Source of the DNA: a virus
Taxonomy: Duplodnaviria > Caudoviricetes
DNA length: 54,500 bases
Virus record (IMG/VR): IMGVR_UViG_3300031450_000216
Coordinates: 1 to 54,500 of that record
Reading direction: 5' to 3' (one strand)
Shown here one piece after another: positions 52,614 to 54,500 of the stretch. Within the stretch, counting starts at the first letter, position 1; each line of letters opens with the position of its first letter. Below the pieces are notes generated by a model. That model saw nothing but the letters and a program-made list of their open reading frames with translations, searched no databases and had not been told where the DNA came from. A program made the translations under genes and the position numbers.

Positions 52614-53344
52614 GATCGCACCGCCATGATCCGCCGCCCGATCCACTCGCCTACTTGGGGGACGACGGCGTTGCCGAGGGCACGTCGTCGCAGTTCGTCC
52701 AGCCGATAGGAAACCCCATCAGCCACTCGGAGAATTCCGGGCTGATTCGCTGTCCAATCATCTCGGGATGGCGGTAGCGGATCACGCAGCACTGGTTCAG
52801 CGACCAACCCACGCCGTTGTGATCGCGCCGACAAACCTTCGGGCGCTTGGCGTCCGTCGCCGTGGGCGTAGGCCAGGATGAAGGCGCGATCACGGATATG
52901 CGGGGCACCAAAGCTTGCAGCTGGTAAACACTGCCACTCCGCGTCATACCCGCTCGCGGCCAGGTCGCCGAGAACAACGGGAAGACCTGCGCTAATGAGC
53001 GCTGCCACATTCTCCACGAGGACGTAGCGGGGTCGTACCACGCGAACGAGCCGGATGTACTCGACCCAGAGGCCGGATCGTTCCCCACCGATCCCGGCGC
53101 GTTTCCCGGCATTGCTGATGTCCTGGCAGGGGAATCCGCCGCAGATAATGTCAACCCGCTCCAACTCATGCCCGATCACCTCGCGAATGTCGCCGTACTT
53201 CGGCACGTCGGGCCAATGCTTCGCCAGCACCGCCCGACAGTAATCATCGACTTCGATCTGCCAGCGACAGGTCATACCCGCGCGCTCCAACCCCAGATCA
53301 AGGCCGCCGATCCCGGCGAAGAGCGAGCCGAAGGTCAGCGCCAT
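52610..53344 (-). CDS. DNA cytosine-5 methyltransferase, alpha polypeptide
   Basis: LFAGIGG (I), GGFPCQ (IV), ENV (VI), HIRDR (VIII), LGNAV (X); no TRD or motif IX. Confidence 0.93.
   Translation of the reverse strand: MALTFGSLFAGIGGLDLGLERAGMTCRWQIEVDDYCRAVLAKHWPDVPKYGDIREVIGHELERVDIICGGFPCQDISNAGKRAGIGGERSGLWVEYIRLVRVVRPRYVLVENVAALISAGLPVVLGDLAASGYDAEWQCLPAASFGAPHIRDRAFILAYAHGDGRQAPEGLSARSQRRGLVAEPVLRDPLPPSRDDWTANQPGILRVADGVSYRLDELRRRALGNAVVPQVGEWIGRRIMAVRS
52651..53169 (-). CDS. C5-methyltransferase beta polypeptide nested in alternative frame (TRD plus motif IX)
   Basis: WPTPTATD..ISPEFSEWLMGFPIGWT; SD GAGGTG before ATG. Confidence 0.8.
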   Translation of the reverse strand: MSWSGLTLSAADSPARTSAMPGNAPGSVGNDPASGSSTSGSFAWYDPATSSWRMWQRSLAQVFPLFSATWPRAGMTRSGSVYQLQALVPRISVIAPSSWPTPTATDAKRPKVCRRDHNGVGWSLNQCCVIRYRHPEMIGQRISPEFSEWLMGFPIGWTNCDDVPSATPSSPK

Positions 53345-53544
53345 CACGCAACCTCCTGATCCCACGGCGCTGGTGCCAGCGGCTTCGCGGCCCGGATGAC
53401 CTGAAAACCGATGCTGTACGCCGCCGCGTAGCGGTCCAGCGTCTCGCGCGTGACGACGGGGCCGACGCGCACGGACGATGCAGCGGGCGGCGGGGATTGT
53501 TCGGGCGGGGTGGGCGGTGTCTGGAAGACGCGGAGGGGTTTCAT
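53344..53544 (-). CDS. Hypothetical protein
   Basis: Coupled overlaps. Confidence 0.45.
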   Translation of the reverse strand: MKPLRVFQTPPTPPEQSPPPAASSVRVGPVVTRETLDRYAAAYSIGFQVIRAAKPLAPAPWDQEVA

Positions 53545-53906
53545 CGTCCAACCCCCTCCACGTTGGAATCGAGCAAGGTGGTCAGGCTGCCGGGGGTGGC
53601 GAGGTCGCCGCAATCGTTGGCGCTGATGATGGCGTCTGCCGCCCACCACGGCGCATGGCCGTACATGTCATAGTCCACCACGTCGTCGGCGCACGGGAAG
53701 TGCGGGGCATCGTCTGGGAACTGGTAGATCGAACGGGCGATGATGCCGAGGGCGCAGTACCCGTCGCGGCACATGTACTGGCCCTCGGTGTCGTTCGGCG
53801 CGGGCAAGTCGTACACCCGCGACTCCGCATCGCTGAGCGCCGCAGCGCCCACGATCGGCTCCAGGAGCGCGCGGAGGGTGCGGGGCTGGTCAGGTGTCTC
53901 GTTCAT
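53541..53906 (-). CDS. Hypothetical protein
   Basis: SD GAGGAG. Confidence 0.55.
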   Translation of the reverse strand: MNETPDQPRTLRALLEPIVGAAALSDAESRVYDLPAPNDTEGQYMCRDGYCALGIIARSIYQFPDDAPHFPCADDVVDYDMYGHAPWWAADAIISANDCGDLATPGSLTTLLDSNVEGVGR

Positions 53907-53951
53907 CGTGTATGCTTCTCCTCGGTAGATTCGTTGGCACGGATTAGGAAA

Positions 53952-54185
53952 TCAGGCGGCGTCCGGTGACACGGATGCCGCTTTTTTGCGTTTCTGCTCC
54001 AGGTAATAGGTCAGGTCGCTGATCGCGCCGAGCGTGCGATTGACACGCGCTTGCAGTTCGAGCATCTTGATTTCCTCCGCGATCTGCGCGCGGCGGACGG
54101 CCATGATCTCCTGGTTCAGCGCGGACAGGTCGAGCGTGGCGTCGCTGATCGGGCTGCGGTCGATCCGGGCGAACTCTCTGTGCAT
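53952..54185 (-). CDS. Hypothetical coiled-coil protein
   Basis: SD GAGGGAG. Confidence 0.5.
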   Translation of the reverse strand: MHREFARIDRSPISDATLDLSALNQEIMAVRRAQIAEEIKMLELQARVNRTLGAISDLTYYLEQKRKKAASVSPDAA

Positions 54186-54287
54186 GACTCCCTCTCTAAA
54201 CTCATTGCGCCACACCGGACGCTGGCGGGTTACGCTGCTCGTAGTCGCGGGCCACATGGCGGCGTGACGGGCGACTCAGGGGGACTG

Positions 54288-54500
54288 CTATGCGGCTGTG
54301 CGCTTCTCTTCTCGTGGCACCTCCTGGCTGGCTGTGGGGCCGGGCGACGGCGGGTGGCCTGTGGAGATGTCCGCCGCGTCGAGCCCGAGCAGGGCCGCGA
54401 TGTGCGGCGGGATCGCGCGGCCCGGATACGACTCCGGGTCGCTGAATAGCTCGACCACCTGGCGGGCGAGGCGCGCGGCCTCGGGGGGGTACTCGCCCAT
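54288..54500 (-). CDS. Hypothetical protein (start at window edge)
   Basis: ORF only. Confidence 0.4.
   Translation of the reverse strand: MGEYPPEAARLARQVVELFSDPESYPGRAIPPHIAALLGLDAADISTGHPPSPGPTASQEVPREEKRTAA

Larger units (their letters stand above)
1..54500 (-). mobile_element. Tailed phage/prophage (siphovirus-like) genome segment
   Basis: Canonical order terS-terL-portal-MuF-scaffold-MCP-neck-tail tube-TAC-TMP-tail tip-lysis plus replication/early genes, nearly all on - strand. Confidence 0.97.

Noticed and set aside
1-54500. Integrase, repressor, att sites, tRNA or rRNA
   Set aside because: None recognised in this window, so temperate lifestyle and host cannot be confirmed

Overview
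This high-GC window is almost entirely a siphovirus-type phage or prophage genome, with genes mostly on the - strand. A Chloroflexota/Thermomicrobia-like host is a weak inference from protein style only. In transcription order (right to left) it holds: an early/replication region (split C5-methyltransferase, NUMOD4-HNH, SSAP, HU, N6A-methyltransferase plus PD-(D/E)XK protein, replication initiator, VRR-NUC), terminase and portal, a ~9 kb virion-appendage module with a LamG stalk and two GH5 glycanases, MuF, scaffold/capsid/neck/tail genes, a + strand moron, tape measure, tail tip and lysis genes. The standout feature is at 23465-25296. A nuclease-less IS110/Nop-domain protein (TasA-like) carries five stem-closed dual-spacer units (CCA-N9-TG-N4-CCA-N9-TG, TIGR-type guides) inside its own coding sequence. 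It is co-transcribed with an uncharacterised partner gene, and a divergent HTH gene with two palindromic operators lies upstream. Other notable items are a circularly permuted GH5, a catalytically dead membrane SNase, Zn-ribbon genes next to structured late-gene leaders, a pseudoknot/attenuator leader before the methylase-replication operon, and an antisense ORF bridging an inverted HNH insertion. No integrase, tRNA or CRISPR array was seen. All calls come from reading motifs by eye; no database searches were run.
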